Below are positions 40,201 to 53,969 of a DNA stretch of 64,000 nucleotides, piece by piece. Source of the stretch: Eledone cirrhosa. Lineage: Eukaryota. A program made the position numbers and the translations under genes. The stretch's first letter is position 1; each line of letters opens with the position of its first letter. The notes beneath the pieces are model-generated. The model saw only the letters and a program-made list of their open reading frames with translations, had not been told where the DNA came from and ran no database searches. The stretch lies in assembly GCA_964016885.1 (NCBI GenBank), contig OZ024761.1, forward strand, positions 7,254,001 to 7,318,000. Direction: 5' to 3'.

Positions 40201-41790
40201 CACTCCACCTAATGTCCACCACCACAGATTCACTCCACCTAATGTCCACCACCACAGATTCACTCCACCTAATGTCCACCACACCACCACAGATTCACTC
40301 CACCTAATGTCCACCACACCACCACAGATTCACTCCACCTAATGTCCACCACACCACCACAGATTCACTCCACCTAATGTCCACCACCACAGATTCACTC
40401 CACCTAATGTCCACCACACCACCACAGATTCACTCCACCTAATGTCCACCACACCACCACTCATTCACTCCACCTAATGTCCACCACCACAGATTCACTC
40501 CACCTAATGTCCACCACCACAGATTCACTCCACCTAATGTCCACCACCACAGATTCACTCCACCTAATGTCCACCACCACAGATTCACTCCACCTAATGT
40601 CCACCACCACAGATTCACTCCACCTAATGTCCACCACCACAGATTCACTCCACCTAATGTCCACCACACTACCACAGATTCACTCCACCTAATGTCCACC
40701 ACACCACCACAGATTCACTCCACCTAATGTCCACCACCACAGATTCACTCCACCTAATGTCCACCACACCACCACAGATTCACTCCACCTAATGTCCACC
40801 ACCACAGATTCACTCCACCTAATGTCCACCACCACAGATTCACTCCACCTAATGTCCACCACACCACCACAGATTCACTCCACCTAATGTCCACCACCAT
40901 TGATTCACTCCACCTAATGTCCACCACACCACCACAGATTCACTCCACCTAATGTCCACCACACCACCACAGATTCACTCCACCTAATGTCCACCACACC
41001 ACCACAGATTCACTCCACCTAATGTCCACCACAGATTCACTCCACCTAATGTCCACCACACCACCACTGATTCACTCCACCTAATGTCCACCACCACAGA
41101 TTCACTCCACCTAATGTCCACCACCACTGATTCACTCCACCTAATGTCCACCACCACAGATTCACTCCACCTAATGTCCACCACACCACCACAGATTCAC
41201 TCCACCTAATGTCCACCACACCACCACAGATTCACTCCACCTAATGTCCACCACACCACCACAGATTCACTCCACCTAATGTCCACCACACCACCACAGA
41301 TTCACTCCACCTAATGTCCACCACACCACCACAGATTCACTCGACCTAATGTCCACCACACCACCACAGATTCACTCCACCTAATGTCCACCACACCACC
41401 ACAGATTCACTCCACCTAATGTCCACCACACCACCACTGATTCACTCCACCTAATGTCCACCACCATTGATTCACTCCACCTAATGTCCACCACACCACC
41501 ACAGATTCACTCCACCTAATGTCCACCACACCACCACAGATTCACTCCACCTAATGTCCACCACACCACCACTGATTCACTCCACCTAATGTCCACCACC
41601 ACTGATTCACTCCACCTAATGTCCACCACACTACCACAGATTCACTCCACCTAATGTCCACCACACCACCACTGATTCACTCCACCTAATGTCCACCACC
41701 ACAGATTCACTCCACCTAATGTCCACCACCACTGATTCACTCCACCTAATGTCCACCACCACAGATTCACTCCACCTAATGTCCACCACC
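31245..41790. repeat. 10.5-kb minisatellite of interspersed 30- and 35-bp units (intron 1)
   Basis: gattcactccacctaatgtccacc(acacc)accac(a/t). Confidence 0.98.
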
Positions 41791-43177
41791 AACCGGGTGT
41801 GAACTCTTTGACACCAAAAAGACAATTAAAAATTGTGTGATGTATTTTTAATCTTCAATTGAATAAATGATGTTTTTCCATTACTACATTCATCTGGGGT
41901 TAATACAAATTATTTCTAAGTAAAGTCAACACTCGTGATTAAATTTTAGCTTGTGTAATTTTCCATAATTATTCTTTTATGGCCTTCGTCCGGCCAGCTA
42001 TCCGTCATTAACATTCGATCTGTGGAGGCAAAGAAGTAGCCGGCCCCTGACCTAGACCATCATTGACAATACATTTCAGATAAAGAAAATATCTCGTCTG
42101 ATTTAGACACACACATTATATATATATAATATAGGAAGAGGCTATGTAGCCGGTAAGAGTGTCAGACAACATGAGTTAAGACAATTTGAAATCTTTTCCA
42201 CCATCAATTGTTAAAAAAAACAAGTTAAAATCATTTAGTCGTCTATTGGTAACGTACGTTACACTTTAGTTACATACACACAAATCTACACGTAAATACA
42301 TAAACAGATACAACAGAAGGAAGGAGCTGGTGAAACGCTATAGCGAGGTGGGTTGCGCCTCTTTAGGGTTTACCGGCTACATAGCCTAATCGTATAATAT
42401 ATATAAACGTTAGGGTCAGGGTTAGCTCGGGTGTGAGCGAAACATGCCGAATGAATCCAGTGAATCACATAAGATACTCGTACGTATGTATATTTTCATT
42501 AAAGGAGATCTATTGCTAATGATGCCCAAAACCGAACGTTCAAGAGACAGTAAAGAACCCGACCTGCTAGAAATAGCAGCCATATCGCCCTCAAATCACA
42601 ACAACGTCTTAGGAAAATAATACGTTATATAACGTGATCCTCGTCTTCCAGACACATTAGGTTGAGTACGACCAGAAAACATTTAATAATAGGTCTGGTT
42701 GATTAATCAGACAATAAAAATCGAAACCCTTAAGAAACAATCAGGAAGTCTCTACGTGTTAGATCGACCTGCTAGAAACAGTAGTCAAATCTACTTGTCC
42801 CGTCTTAGAAAAATAACCCTTTGTATATAATGTGACCCTGTCTTCCTTGCACACAAGTAATAAAAAAGGATTATCGCATCTGGAAAGCCGTCTAACGGAG
42901 AACTGCCTGATTAAGGTTGACCGGATCAGGAAACCTGTCATAGGACTCTCGATCAAGGCTGACCTGGCTAAAATATCACACGACTGCTGACCTGTAGCTA
43001 AATAACAACAGGTGAACCATGGGTTCTTCCACATCTGCTACAACAACAGAAGATCACGAATACTGTTGACCCACCTCATTTGACTGAGTCATTAAAAATT
43101 ATTTTGAGAAAAAAACAAAAGATTATCATTATCGTTGATTTTTCAGATGGTGTCCAAGCTGCACTGATTGCACTTAC

Positions 43178-43303
43178 CCGGCGAAAGTTTCCTCTCGATA
43201 AAACTTCAGCCAATGATTTCGCTGCATCGTTCTTTTCAGCGACATTCAGTATCCTCGTCATTGTCGAAACAGCCTTACTTAACCTGGCAGACAAATTTAC
43301 CAT
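43178..43303 (-). CDS. TOP3A: DNA topoisomerase 3-alpha, coding exon 1
   Basis: Translates MVNLSARLSKAVSTMTRILNVAEKNDAAKSLAEVLSRGNFRR (TOPRIM start, VAEKNDAAK typical of Top3a); donor CGG|GTAAGT, phase 0. Confidence 0.93.
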
Positions 43304-43384
43304 TTTACTTCAGTCATCACGTATTGTTGTTCACCTAATCTTTCGTCTTTAATAAAAAAATATATTTAGTGTTACAACATGTTT

Positions 43385-43396
43385 GGCGCCATTTTG
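43385..43396 (-). promoter_or_regulatory. YY1-like motif near the TOP3A 5' end
   Basis: CAAAATGGCGCC on the minus strand about 85 nt upstream of the first ATG; resembles the YY1 AANATGGCG core of housekeeping promoters. Confidence 0.45.
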
Positions 43397-43619
43397 CCGT
43401 TTCAAGTGAAGCTAGATTTCAAACGAAATGTTTACTTTTCGTACTAATCATTTTACACCATCAATTGATGAAAAATAAAGTTACTTAAGCTTATGTGATT
43501 AATGAATTAATAATACTACTAATAATAATTCTTTCCTGCTTAATTTACTGAATGTTTGAAGTATCATTTTCATACGAAGCTAGATCTGGAAAATATGTAC
43601 TTTTCGTACTAACTATTGA

Positions 43620-43910
43620 TGGAAAAACGTTAAACTGTTGTGATTTAGGCAAAGGATCAACAATTTGTGGGGAGTGGGAGAAAACGATTACATCGACCCT
43701 AGAAAAATGAAAAGCAAAGTTGAACTCATAATGTAGAAAACCATAGCTAAATACCGCAAAGCAAGTTGTCCAACGCTCTACCGATTCTACCAATCCACCA
43801 CCCTATTAATTGTTTCTACTTTTGGGCCCAAGGCCTGCAATTTGAGGGGGGGGGGGGTCGATTAAGTCGACACCAGTACATTACTGGTATTTTATTTTAT
43901 TGACCCCCGT
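43620..43910 (-). mobile_element. Diverged SINE-A copies
   Basis: ctctaccgattctaccaatccacc head; ttgtttctacttttgg tail. Confidence 0.65.
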
Positions 43911-44009
43911 TATAGAGTTATATATGTGCATGTGTTGAATTTTGACACAACTTTTTCTTTCGATATATTTAAATATGGAACAACGGAGTTGTTTTGAATC
44001 AAATGTTTT

Positions 44010-44185
44010 CTGCTTCTTCTTCGCTCCTGATCTCCGAGCTACGCACTCTATCGAGTAACATTACTCCAAACCCTTTCGGAGGAACTCCATTTCAGCCACT
44101 TGTATTCTTTCTGTCATTGCCATGACCATAGGTAAGGGCTGGCACAAATACCGAACTGAAGGTAGTGAGTTTGACTTTTACACCT
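44010..44185 (-). mobile_element. Degenerate RTE-like LINE fragment
   Basis: Reverse strand KLTTFSSVFVPALTYGH... Confidence 0.55.
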
Positions 44186-44224
44186 ACCGTTCGGCAACCG
44201 AAGCAGTGACCCTCACATTTACTG

Positions 44225-44760
44225 CGGCATCCAGGATGTTTGAGGGAGCAAAAGAGTCACTGACTGTGGCGTCCCAGATTAGACATTTGTCTCTTACCTA
44301 GGGACAAAGGGTAATACTATTTAGTCTCTTCCCATCAATTCTGAATAATCCAGCCGGCTCCAGAACTGAGAGGATATTTACCCGAGCTAGACAGTACTAA
44401 AACGGGGGGAGAGGGGTAATAAAAAAAGAAAAGAAGTGGGGGAGATAAAGAAGAAAACGGGGAAGAAGTTATGCACACTGAATCCCACTCCACAACATGG
44501 GGTGATGGAGTTTCGGCTAGCCAACACCCACAGCAATGCTGTGAGTGATGTTGAAACTATGATGCTGGAATAACCAAGCATCTACACAGCAGCATCACCT
44601 GATACCTTAGTAAACAAGAACTGATTTCCTCCGTAAAGTCAGAAAGACCTCAGCCTGCTTGAGGGGGAGCCCCGTGAGGTGGGACGGCTGTTGCAGCGAG
44701 TGTCTCTGGCCATTCTTCACGATAACGCTTTTGCTGATTTGACCACGGGGTGTTGTTGAG
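44225..44760. mobile_element. CRE-like (restriction-endonuclease-type) non-LTR remnants
   Basis: Minus strand ITLCP*VRDKCLIWDATVSDS; plus strand GEPREVGRLLQRVSLAILHDNA resembling the QRxSxAIQRGNA C-terminus. Confidence 0.55.
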
Positions 44761-45009
44761 GCACTGCTCAGACTAGTGTGTAATGACTGTCGCTCCCCCT
44801 CTCCATTTCTTTCGTTGCTTGATTCTTCTCTCCTTTTCTTTTTTCTTCTTCGTTTTTTGTTCCCTTTAATAGTGTTTTGTTTTTATTCGAAACTACTCAA
44901 TTATTAATGTCAATGGCCTTTTATAACATTGTGAGATTTTATTTACTGAATAAATTGTATGAAGAACTTTGTTGTCAGAACATCAGCTCCCCCAAACGCC
45001 AGAGTTTGC

Positions 45010-45600
45010 TGATAAATTACTGCTATCATTTCCTTGGTCTTCCTCTGCATTGGTTTCCTTACACTTGCAATTCCTGGCACTTCGTCATTCATGCATGTTA
45101 ACACATCTGGAGCAGACTTGTTTCATTTCTCACCAGCCTCTGTATATTCTCCGTATTTACCACCCATGTCTCTATCGCCGGTCACCCAGCTGCTTTGCCT
45201 GTCTTCATATCCCTAATTGCTTTACTTACTACACTGTTGCTGACTTGTACAGCTGGTCCGTTTGTTGGGTCCACTTGGGCCTATCTTCTTCCAATGCGTT
45301 CTCCTCATTCATCAATCTTTCATAATGGCTCGCTCATGCTACTTTATTTTCAGCGTTGGTGAGGGCAAGTGTACCATTATTATTTTGGACACACTTCTGC
45401 CGAACAACATCATGATTTTCTCTGACACACTGCCTCGCAATCCTGAACACCTCACACTCACGTCGCAAAACATGTATTAAAAAATTATATTTTCCACTCC
45501 TGCCCCCTTGCAAATTATACTTGTCGTCTAGTTTCTTGGCATTGCTCTCTGCCAGTCTTTCCATGCCTGTTCCTTGACCTTAATCGCCTCATCCTCATTA
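45010..45600 (-). mobile_element. Degenerate RTE-like LINE fragments
   Basis: EVFRIARQCVRENHDVVRQKCVQNNNGTLALT; AIKVKEQAWKDWQ. Confidence 0.7.
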
Positions 45601-47027
45601 CTATTTGACTGTCGAGTCACCTTTCCAAATCTGTGGCAAGAAGGAATCCAGCTATGTATTTGCATTGTTAAATTAAGCCGGCAAGAATTATTTCCCCTTG
45701 AAATTATAGAATTCAATAAAAATATATGGTACTAATTTATTATATATATACATAAATATAAATGCATATATAATAAAATATATTATCTTATCCATTTTAT
45801 TTTATTGTTAAATTTATTTTCAAACTTCTTTAAAATTGACATGAGATCCCAAAATGACTGCTTCACAAATCCAAACTTTGCGGATGATTGGGTGGTATAT
45901 AAAAAGGGAAACTTGTATGTGTGTAGTCAACACACCAAAATCCCTATTGTTTTTAGCGTCTGCTTCATCTAATTAAATTAACGGCTTGCTTTTGTTCACT
46001 GCAAATTACTGTAGGATAATAAATTGAGAGTTTCAAAAATTATTGTTAGATGCTAATCATTACTTTTGATTGAATTGTATGCAAGTGTGCCCATTCGTAG
46101 CTTCCGTAGTTGCCTCCGCTGGTTGGACTTATGTGAGAAATTTCGTCCTTGGTTTACACTGAAAATACAAACGACAGGGAAAATCAGAAGGCCTTATGAA
46201 AGATCCTGATTGCTATTAATCATTTCACTGTTGTATAGTTTTATAGTTGAATCGCATCGAAGGTATAGTGGATATGAATTCTCTGTCTAGCAAGTTCGTC
46301 TTGCTGTCGCGGTTGTTACTGAAGAGACAAGCATGTGCAGCTTCAATGAGGTAGGATTTCAAAGTAAACCCTAACAATATTTTCTTTCTAACATATAACC
46401 TTTTCTGTCTCGATATATCTTTAAAATTCTAATAACCCTCATTCCGTCTTATCTATCTTTATTCTAAAACCAGTCAAGTTTTCTCGTTTATCGAGAAAGA
46501 GCGCCCATGGATACACGATACAATATATATGTCTGATGTGTTTGATTTATTTTAAATATCTAACTAATTTAACAATATTTTTCTCCTCGAAATTGACTTT
46601 GGTAAAAAAAAGAAAAACCCAAATAATATATATATTCTGCGATTTATTATTTGTCCGTGTCTTCTTCGAGAAATTTAATTTTCTGAAGATAATGATGGAA
46701 GCTGCTCTCGTTTCTCAATTTCTTTACTGTTTATCTTTTTTATATATTTGCACTCAAAAATATTTACTTATATGATTCAAATCTCGAGTTTGTTAATTGT
46801 CGGACAAAATAGAAGTTATATTCGTGTATTTTATATGTATGTTGGGGATTTCGCGGTTTGGGTTGGAACTGAAAATCGAAACCCGTCCTCTTTGATTTCG
46901 CTTAGCACGAATTTACTACAGTTCCCAAAGTATCCAAATGTGTGCAGTCTTCAGTACCACCGCTGCTTTAAAGGGATATGCCTAAAATAATTGACCAAAT
47001 CACACCACTTGAATTAGTCCTGGGTAC

Positions 47028-47088
<61 letters not shown>

Positions 47089-48604
47089 CAGGACTGGTAT
47101 GTCTGGAACGCTTTTGATTCTAGGTTTTTTACTGGATCAGGACTGACCTGGGGTTAAATTATTGCACCAACAAACATGTATTTATCGCCCGTAGTCACCT
47201 TTTGATTAAGGTCACCATATGACCTCCACCTAAGTTATAAAACAAAACTTACTCTCAGAGAAATGATATATTTTAACAGCTTCTCTCTCTTTCTTCTTTC
47301 TCACTCTCTCTGTTTCTATCACACATTCTTTTTCACTCTCTCTCATCCATTCATACCGTATAATATATGTAACCTGGATTCATTTCTCTACCTTCATGTC
47401 GTTCGCTAACCAGTTCATCCTTCGGTGTTTGTTGTGTCTGTTGTTTAACCCTAGGTCGACCTTGATCCTGCAGACATACCTATCAATCAAAATACACTCA
47501 AGCAATAGCCAATAGATTCGAGGATATCTATCGACTAAGTTATCAAATGTCATTCCTTCTCCCTCCCTCTTAAGGTGCAATTTAAGGGAAATTTAGCTGC
47601 TATTTCTAATAGATACAACGACCGTGTTTAGCGAAGCTCGTTCGTGGGCTAGCATCTCTCAGTCATTAACACACACACGGGTACATTTTTATTTATTATT
47701 TTACCCGTCTCTCAGACCGATGTTGTAGAGTTCTCGGATGGGAGAACCACAGAAAACCAGTAATTTACGGCAGTTTTGAAGGACATATTCGTTCAAAACA
47801 CATTAAAAAAAATTCTAGCCAAACCTCTCAAATAACTACCCTTAAAATGGAAAGAAATGACCATTACATCTGTGTCGCCGACGGGTGTAATGGTAAAAAT
47901 TAACCCAAATACCTGCCAGAAGTCCATTTTATAACATAGTTCAAGGAAGAGTACTGCTATTTCTAGTAGGTTGAATGAGCATGTTGATGTTTCCCCGTTG
48001 GTTTCGACTTTGTTTTTATAGTAATAGCAATGGGTAATCTTTCAGTATTTGTACGTTGAAAATGGAAGGGAAATTAATTGTAGATGTTGATTCAATTTTG
48101 GATTTACAATGTATGAAATATAATTTCGTTTTAAATTATGGATAGTTTCATACACGTAAATTACTGAGTGTTATCGTTAGAGCGTCGGGCAAAGTACCTT
48201 GTGGTATTTACTTACGACACTTTCTTTTCCGTGTTCAAATCCCGTCTGAGGTCAGCTTTATCTTTTATCCATCCGTATTTTTATAAAATAAAGTACCAGT
48301 TAAAGTACCAGAAAAAGATGTTCTTCTTCGCCCACTTATTCCTAAGAGGGTTGTGTGGGAGGCAGTCATCAAACACTCCTCTTAGCAGATCCTGTCAGAA
48401 GCAACTGTCTTCAACTGATCTGGCTGGATCTCCCAGTGAGACCAGCCAAGCTCATGCATGTTATCCAACCATCTTGCTTGGGATCTACCCCTGGGTCTCC
48501 TGCTAGAGATGATATAATCCCTTAAATTTGTAACCTTGTGTGTATATATCGTTATGAGTGATTCTATAGTGGACAATCCTTCTTATCTCTCTCATCACTT
48601 CATT

Positions 48605-48795
48605 ATTGTGGATTGTCAGTATCGGTAGAGAGTCGGACACCATGCTTTGAAGCATAGAGTTACGTCCCTTTCCATTCTGAGTTCAAATCCCGCCGAGGTT
48701 AACTTTGCCTTTCATCCTTACGGGGTCGATAAAATAAAGTACCAGTAATGCACTGGGTAGTTGCTGGCCTTGTGCCAAAAGTAGAAACAATTATT
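48605..48795 (+). mobile_element. SINE family A, full length
   Basis: A-box-like tgtcagtatcgg, B-box gagttcaaatccc. Confidence 0.88.
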
Positions 48796-51127
48796 AAACC
48801 TTTTCGATACCAACTCGACTAAAGTTGGCCTCTAGTTCTATGAAACAAAAACCACCTATTTTAAAAGCTTCCGATTTAAATTAAAACCTAACATAATTTT
48901 ATACATGACAACCATATGTTAAGTTTCGATCTTAGTAAAAAAACAAAACAATTTTAGTGAATGCCTCAAAATTCTCCATCGATTAATTAATACAGTGCAA
49001 TTAATTAGAAAAACGCACGTGAAATGGTTAATACAGCTACTATATTCCTCGACCCCATCCCTCTTTCATTCACATATTTATATGTTCTCTCTCTCTCTCT
49101 TTCCATTGTTAACTATTTATGTTTGTATTTTTGTATCAATATATGTTTGTCTAGCAATCTCATCTATATATCTATCTGTCTGTTTACATATATATATATG
49201 AAAAATTCGGGAGCTTCTGCCGTTTTAATAGCTAGATCTAGCTGTTGAAACGGCAGAAGCTCAGCCGTTGGGGTCCTGAATTTTTCATATTATCCACTCT
49301 ACTGTCCCAAGTATCGAGTACTCTGGTGCATAATGGTCTAACTGTTTTTTACTGCATCCATTCTGATATATATATATGTATATATATCTTATTTAACTAT
49401 AATACACTCTGTATAGCTCTACACCTCGACACTGAAGTGAACCTAAACATCGAGTGCTCACCCGGGTGAAGAACCTACAGTAACTCCAAGTTACACTCTC
49501 TGGATATATATATAGTGCGAGGTGCGACGTAGTTCCACTACGTACGTACGTACGTGTGTGTGGGGGGGGGGTGCAGGGTGTCCCTCCAAAATGTATGCAC
49601 ACTTTGATTACCTGTACAGGCAATATTTATTAGAATAGACAGCCTATATATATATAATATATATATTTTTTGGCAATATTATAACAATATGACCCTCCCC
49701 AAATATAAAAATATAAAAGTATAAAAGATATATGTATAGGGAGCTTTTTTTATTCCATCTAGAGTACATATTTTTTCTTTGAAATATGTGCTCTGTATAC
49801 ATACAATATATTGTGTTTTTTCGTGGCCATATGGCCCTTTGTCTCTCTATACATATATCTTTTACACTTGAATTATCATGGCTCAAGACATTGAGTCTAT
49901 TGAGAAGCACAAAAATCAAACATATTTGTTATGTTTTGATTCTTCACATTTATATACATATATGTGTGTGAAGGTGAGGAAAGGTGATTCTATGATGCGA
50001 ATACTTTTCTTAGACGAAATTAGCAACCAAAACAAAATGATTTGAAATACCTCCACTATGGCTGACATGATGATTCAAATCAGCCCCTCCCCACACAAAG
50101 ACACATATCTGTAGAGATGGAGGATTGAATAATATACTATAATTGGCGACATTGTAGTGTATTACTGGTATTTCTATTCGTGCAACCACCATAACTGACC
50201 TGGAGCTAAATATAACAGGTCTTTTTTTTTTTATCCAGCAACCAAAAAGGACGCCATGCTAGAAATAGTAGCCAAATCTCACTCGACACCACAAGATAAG
50301 ATACATTGGTGAATTTAGTTCCATGATATACCAAAAAGATGGAATAGCCATGGTTGGGATACCTTTCATCATAGCGTCAGCTCAATTTTTTGGTAAGCAG
50401 AAATAAAGTGATGAAATGCTATTTTTAAATCGCTTCTTTAACTGACAGTGCACAACTCTGAATAAAAGTGACAAGAAGGTTTATTGTATAGCAATTACAT
50501 GTTTGTGGAACATTACACTAAATAGATAGATGGATGGATAGATAGAGAGAGAGACAAACATTAGACAGATAGATGGATAGATAGAGAGTCAAACATTAGA
50601 CAGACAGATAGATAGATGTATAAAGATACACATAGATATAGACAGACAGATAGATAGGTGTATATAGATAGATAGACTGACAGATATACAGATGTATATA
50701 GATAGACTGATAGATATAAAGATAGACATAAAAAGATGGATAGCAGATGTATATAAATAGACAGATATATAGAGAGAGATAGACAGATATATAGAGAGAT
50801 AAGCAGATATATATAGACATATACAGATATATATGAGTTATAAACTCGAAATAGTCTTTTACAATTAAATAGCTCAAATTTATTGATTTATTATTTTAAA
50901 TCGAGACTTGCAAACCATATTATGTTAAATTAGTATTCTTTCAACCTAGCTAACTTGGTCATTTGCAATTTGAACACTTCTATAATTGTATAGATGTTCA
51001 TCCCGCATATATTCATGTGTATATATATATATATGTGTGTAGGAGGTGAGTTTTATTGTAGTACAATAAAGCAATGCAGATATCGGATAAGAAGCACTCT
51101 ACAGTTTGTAGGACTGGAGTATACATA

Positions 51128-51198
51128 ATATATAAGAACAAAAGATGGTTAAAAGAGTTCCATGTAACTCTTTTAACCATCTTTTGTTCTTATATATA
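51128..51198. repeat. Short near-perfect palindrome
   Basis: tatataagaacaaaagatggttaaaagagtt-ccatgt-aactcttttaaccatcttttgttcttatata. Confidence 0.85.
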
Positions 51199-51916
51199 TT
51201 ATATATATATATATGAGAGAGATAAGCAGATGATGTGCTCACAAAGACACCCCAGATATATATATATATCATCATCATCATCATCATCACCGTTTTACGT
51301 CCGTTCTTCCACGCATGCATATATATATATATAAAATATATGATGACATTACATGTATATGAAAATTAATCGGTTTATTCATTTAATTTTGTCAGCGCTG
51401 ACGGGGCAGCTCTTCTTTGGCCAAAGACGTTCCAGCTATGACCATTCCGTCTTTTAATTCCTTCTCTCAAATAAATAGTTTAAGGAACATACATTATTTA
51501 ATCTATCCTTTCATTTTCTTTTTTAAAAGCTGGAGGTTGCTGTGGGTTTTTTTTAGGGAAATTTGGCTGTTATTTCTAGCAAGATGAGCGACCACTTAGA
51601 GGTTTCCTTTGTTGGCTTTTTGATGAGAATATTGCATCACATTTGTGGTTGTAAACATAACAAAGACAGGATGGTCGCCACTGTAATATTGTTTATCATA
51701 ATAAGTGTATGCTCGATCACGGGCTAACTTGATACTAAATATTAGCGATGATGATGATAGCTTATTATAGACTCATTGTGGTGGGGAACAAGCAAGCCAT
51801 GGCAGTGATTGCGGAGGTCACATCACTGTATATCTCGTCTCTCTTTCAATCTGATCGGTACTGAGTCTTTTAAGAAGAACACCTAATAGAAACTGTGTGT
51901 ATATATATATATATAC

Positions 51917-51959
<43 letters not shown>

Positions 51960-52749
51960 CACTGCGTGGGACTTATTAGAATGCACTCAACGTAGAGAAA
52001 TGTATTTTTATTAAAGATTATAGATATATATATGTATATGCACTATAATTACTGTGTTTATATATATATATATATATATATATAAGGGTTTATATACATA
52101 TCTAGTGCCTCAATGGATGTATATATGTGTGTAAATATAGATAGTATTTACAGTGTAGCCAGATAAATGTTATCTGTAATATACATCCATATAATATATC
52201 GCCTGGATTTCAGCAACATGCCCTGATATTAACGCCCCACCTCACTATCCTTCTAATATATAATGCCCGTCTATTTCTCTATTAATGTATCCCTGTCTAT
52301 TTATCTATGTCTGTGCTTTTTGCTTTTTTTCGCGACCACCAAACTAAACTAAAATTTAAAAAATCACACGTATCACATTTAAAAACTTCTTTTACATTTC
52401 TCATTCGCTATTTTAATCTTTTTTACCATGGCTAGGTATTTGCTAAGGTTTTAGCTTGTTTTTATTCCTTTCATTATATTTGAGCATTATTTCGCGTCTA
52501 GCATGTTACGCACGGATTCCATTTAGTTTCCAAATGGAATGTCTATGTTTTTATATAAAAGTAATACACCGTTATTATATATATTTCATCCTTACGGGGT
52601 CGATAAAATAAAGTACCAGTAATGCACTGGTTAATTGCTGGCCTTGTGCCTAAAGTAGAAACAATTATATATATATATATATATATGTTGAAGTTTCCGT
52701 GGGAAAAGTAAAAGGAATGAAGAGTGCTCTATATAAGTAACAGAGCTAA

Positions 52750-52897
52750 ATATTTAATGTATAATAAACAACACAGTATAATTACCTCATTACCCGAGGT
52801 TTCCCAAACAGGACGAACACAAGAGGCGTCCGCATTCGTTCGTCAGATGGAAAACCTCGGGAAATGAGGTAATTATACTGTATTGTTTATTATACAT

Positions 52898-52904
<7 letters not shown>
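52750..52904. repeat. Inverted repeat enclosing a minus-strand hammerhead-like motif
   Basis: Arms 52750-52805 / 52849-52904; minus strand cat-CTGACGA-...ggacg...cgtcc...-GAAA-CCTCGGG-TA-atg. Confidence 0.7.
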
Positions 52905-52931
<27 letters not shown>

Positions 52932-53045
52932 CAAAGGGATATTTATTTTGCTGGTAATTCAACAGATTCGAAGCACTCGACAAGTTTCCTGGAGTATAAT
53001 ATCAATGATATTAATAAATGGAAACTATATTTATAAAACCATATT

Positions 53046-53110
53046 TATTTTATTATATATATTTCAAGGGTACCAAAAAAAATTTTGGTACGATCTCATC
53101 AGATAAAATA
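53046..53110 (-). ncRNA. Minimal type-I hammerhead ribozyme motif
   Basis: tattttat-CTGATGA-gatcgtaccaaaa...ttttggtaccctt-GAAA-TATATA-TA-ataaaata. Confidence 0.75.
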
Positions 53111-53224
53111 CAAAATTTGTTTTATAAGTAGTGACATACTCGATAAACCAGACCTTATCGATTCAGATTCCGTTTGGATATCCAAAGTTGGCAGGTGGGT
53201 TCTATAGAAGTGGTTGATAGCTTC

Positions 53225-53817
53225 CGGTACCTAAGTGATCAGATTAGCATGAGAGGGGGCGTCCGAGGCCATAGTATCTAGAATAAGGACGGGTTGGAAG
53301 AAGTTTAGGGAGCTGCTTCCTCTGTTGACAAAGAAAGGTTTCTCCCTGCATAGGAAAGGATGGTTATATGATGCCTGTGTGAGATGCGCGATGTTGCACG
53401 TTAGCGAGACATGGGCAGCAAATGCAGAAGATATGCGACGTCTGGAGAGAAATGAAACAAGCCTGCTCCGTTGGATGTGCAATGTCAAGGTGCGTGAACG
53501 AGCAAACATAGACGAGTTGAGCAAGAAACTGGGTGTGAGAGGGATAAGTTGTGGTGTGCAGGAGAGAAAGCTGAGATGGTATGGACATGTGATGCGCATG
53601 GAGGATAACCAAGGGTGAAGACGTGCCAGGAAGTCCCAGTGGAGGGAAGACGCAGTAGATGTAGACCAGGAAACACATGGGCGGAGGTGGTGAGAGCAGA
53701 CCTCAGATCGCTGTAATTCACCGATGAGATGACGAAGGACCGTGACAAGTGGAGAGATGCTGTGCTGAATAGGACCCGTGCAAGCAGGGTAAAGCGGACA
53801 TAAAATGATGATGATGA

Positions 53818-53820
<3 letters not shown>
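53225..53820 (+). mobile_element. RTE-like LINE 3' fragment with (GAT)n tail
   Basis: KGWLYDACVRCAMLHVSETWA...LRWYGHVMRMED. Confidence 0.88.
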
Positions 53821-53864
<44 letters not shown>

Positions 53865-53912
53865 TATATTAAAATATAAGTATTAATAAAATAGATGTTC
53901 TTTTGATCAATT

Positions 53913-53969
53913 ACATTTTATTATACATATTTCGGATGTACAACAGTACGTCCTCATCAGACAAAATAT
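53913..53969 (-). ncRNA. Minimal type-I hammerhead ribozyme motif
   Basis: atattttgt-CTGATGA-ggacgtac-tgtt-gtacatcc-GAAA-TATGTA-TA-ataaaatgt. Confidence 0.8.

Noticed and set aside
1-41790. Regular repeats as CRISPR arrays
   Set aside because: Head-to-tail units with no unique spacers, no cas genes, and a eukaryotic spliced-gene context
31004-41825. Many VVDIRWSES / MSTTTDSLHL ORFs
   Set aside because: Runs of 30-bp units broken by 35-bp units; repeat artefacts
45830-46360. Unique-looking sequence ending atgag|gtagga, a possible first exon of a divergent gene
   Set aside because: No recognisable ORF or downstream exons; cannot be supported without transcripts
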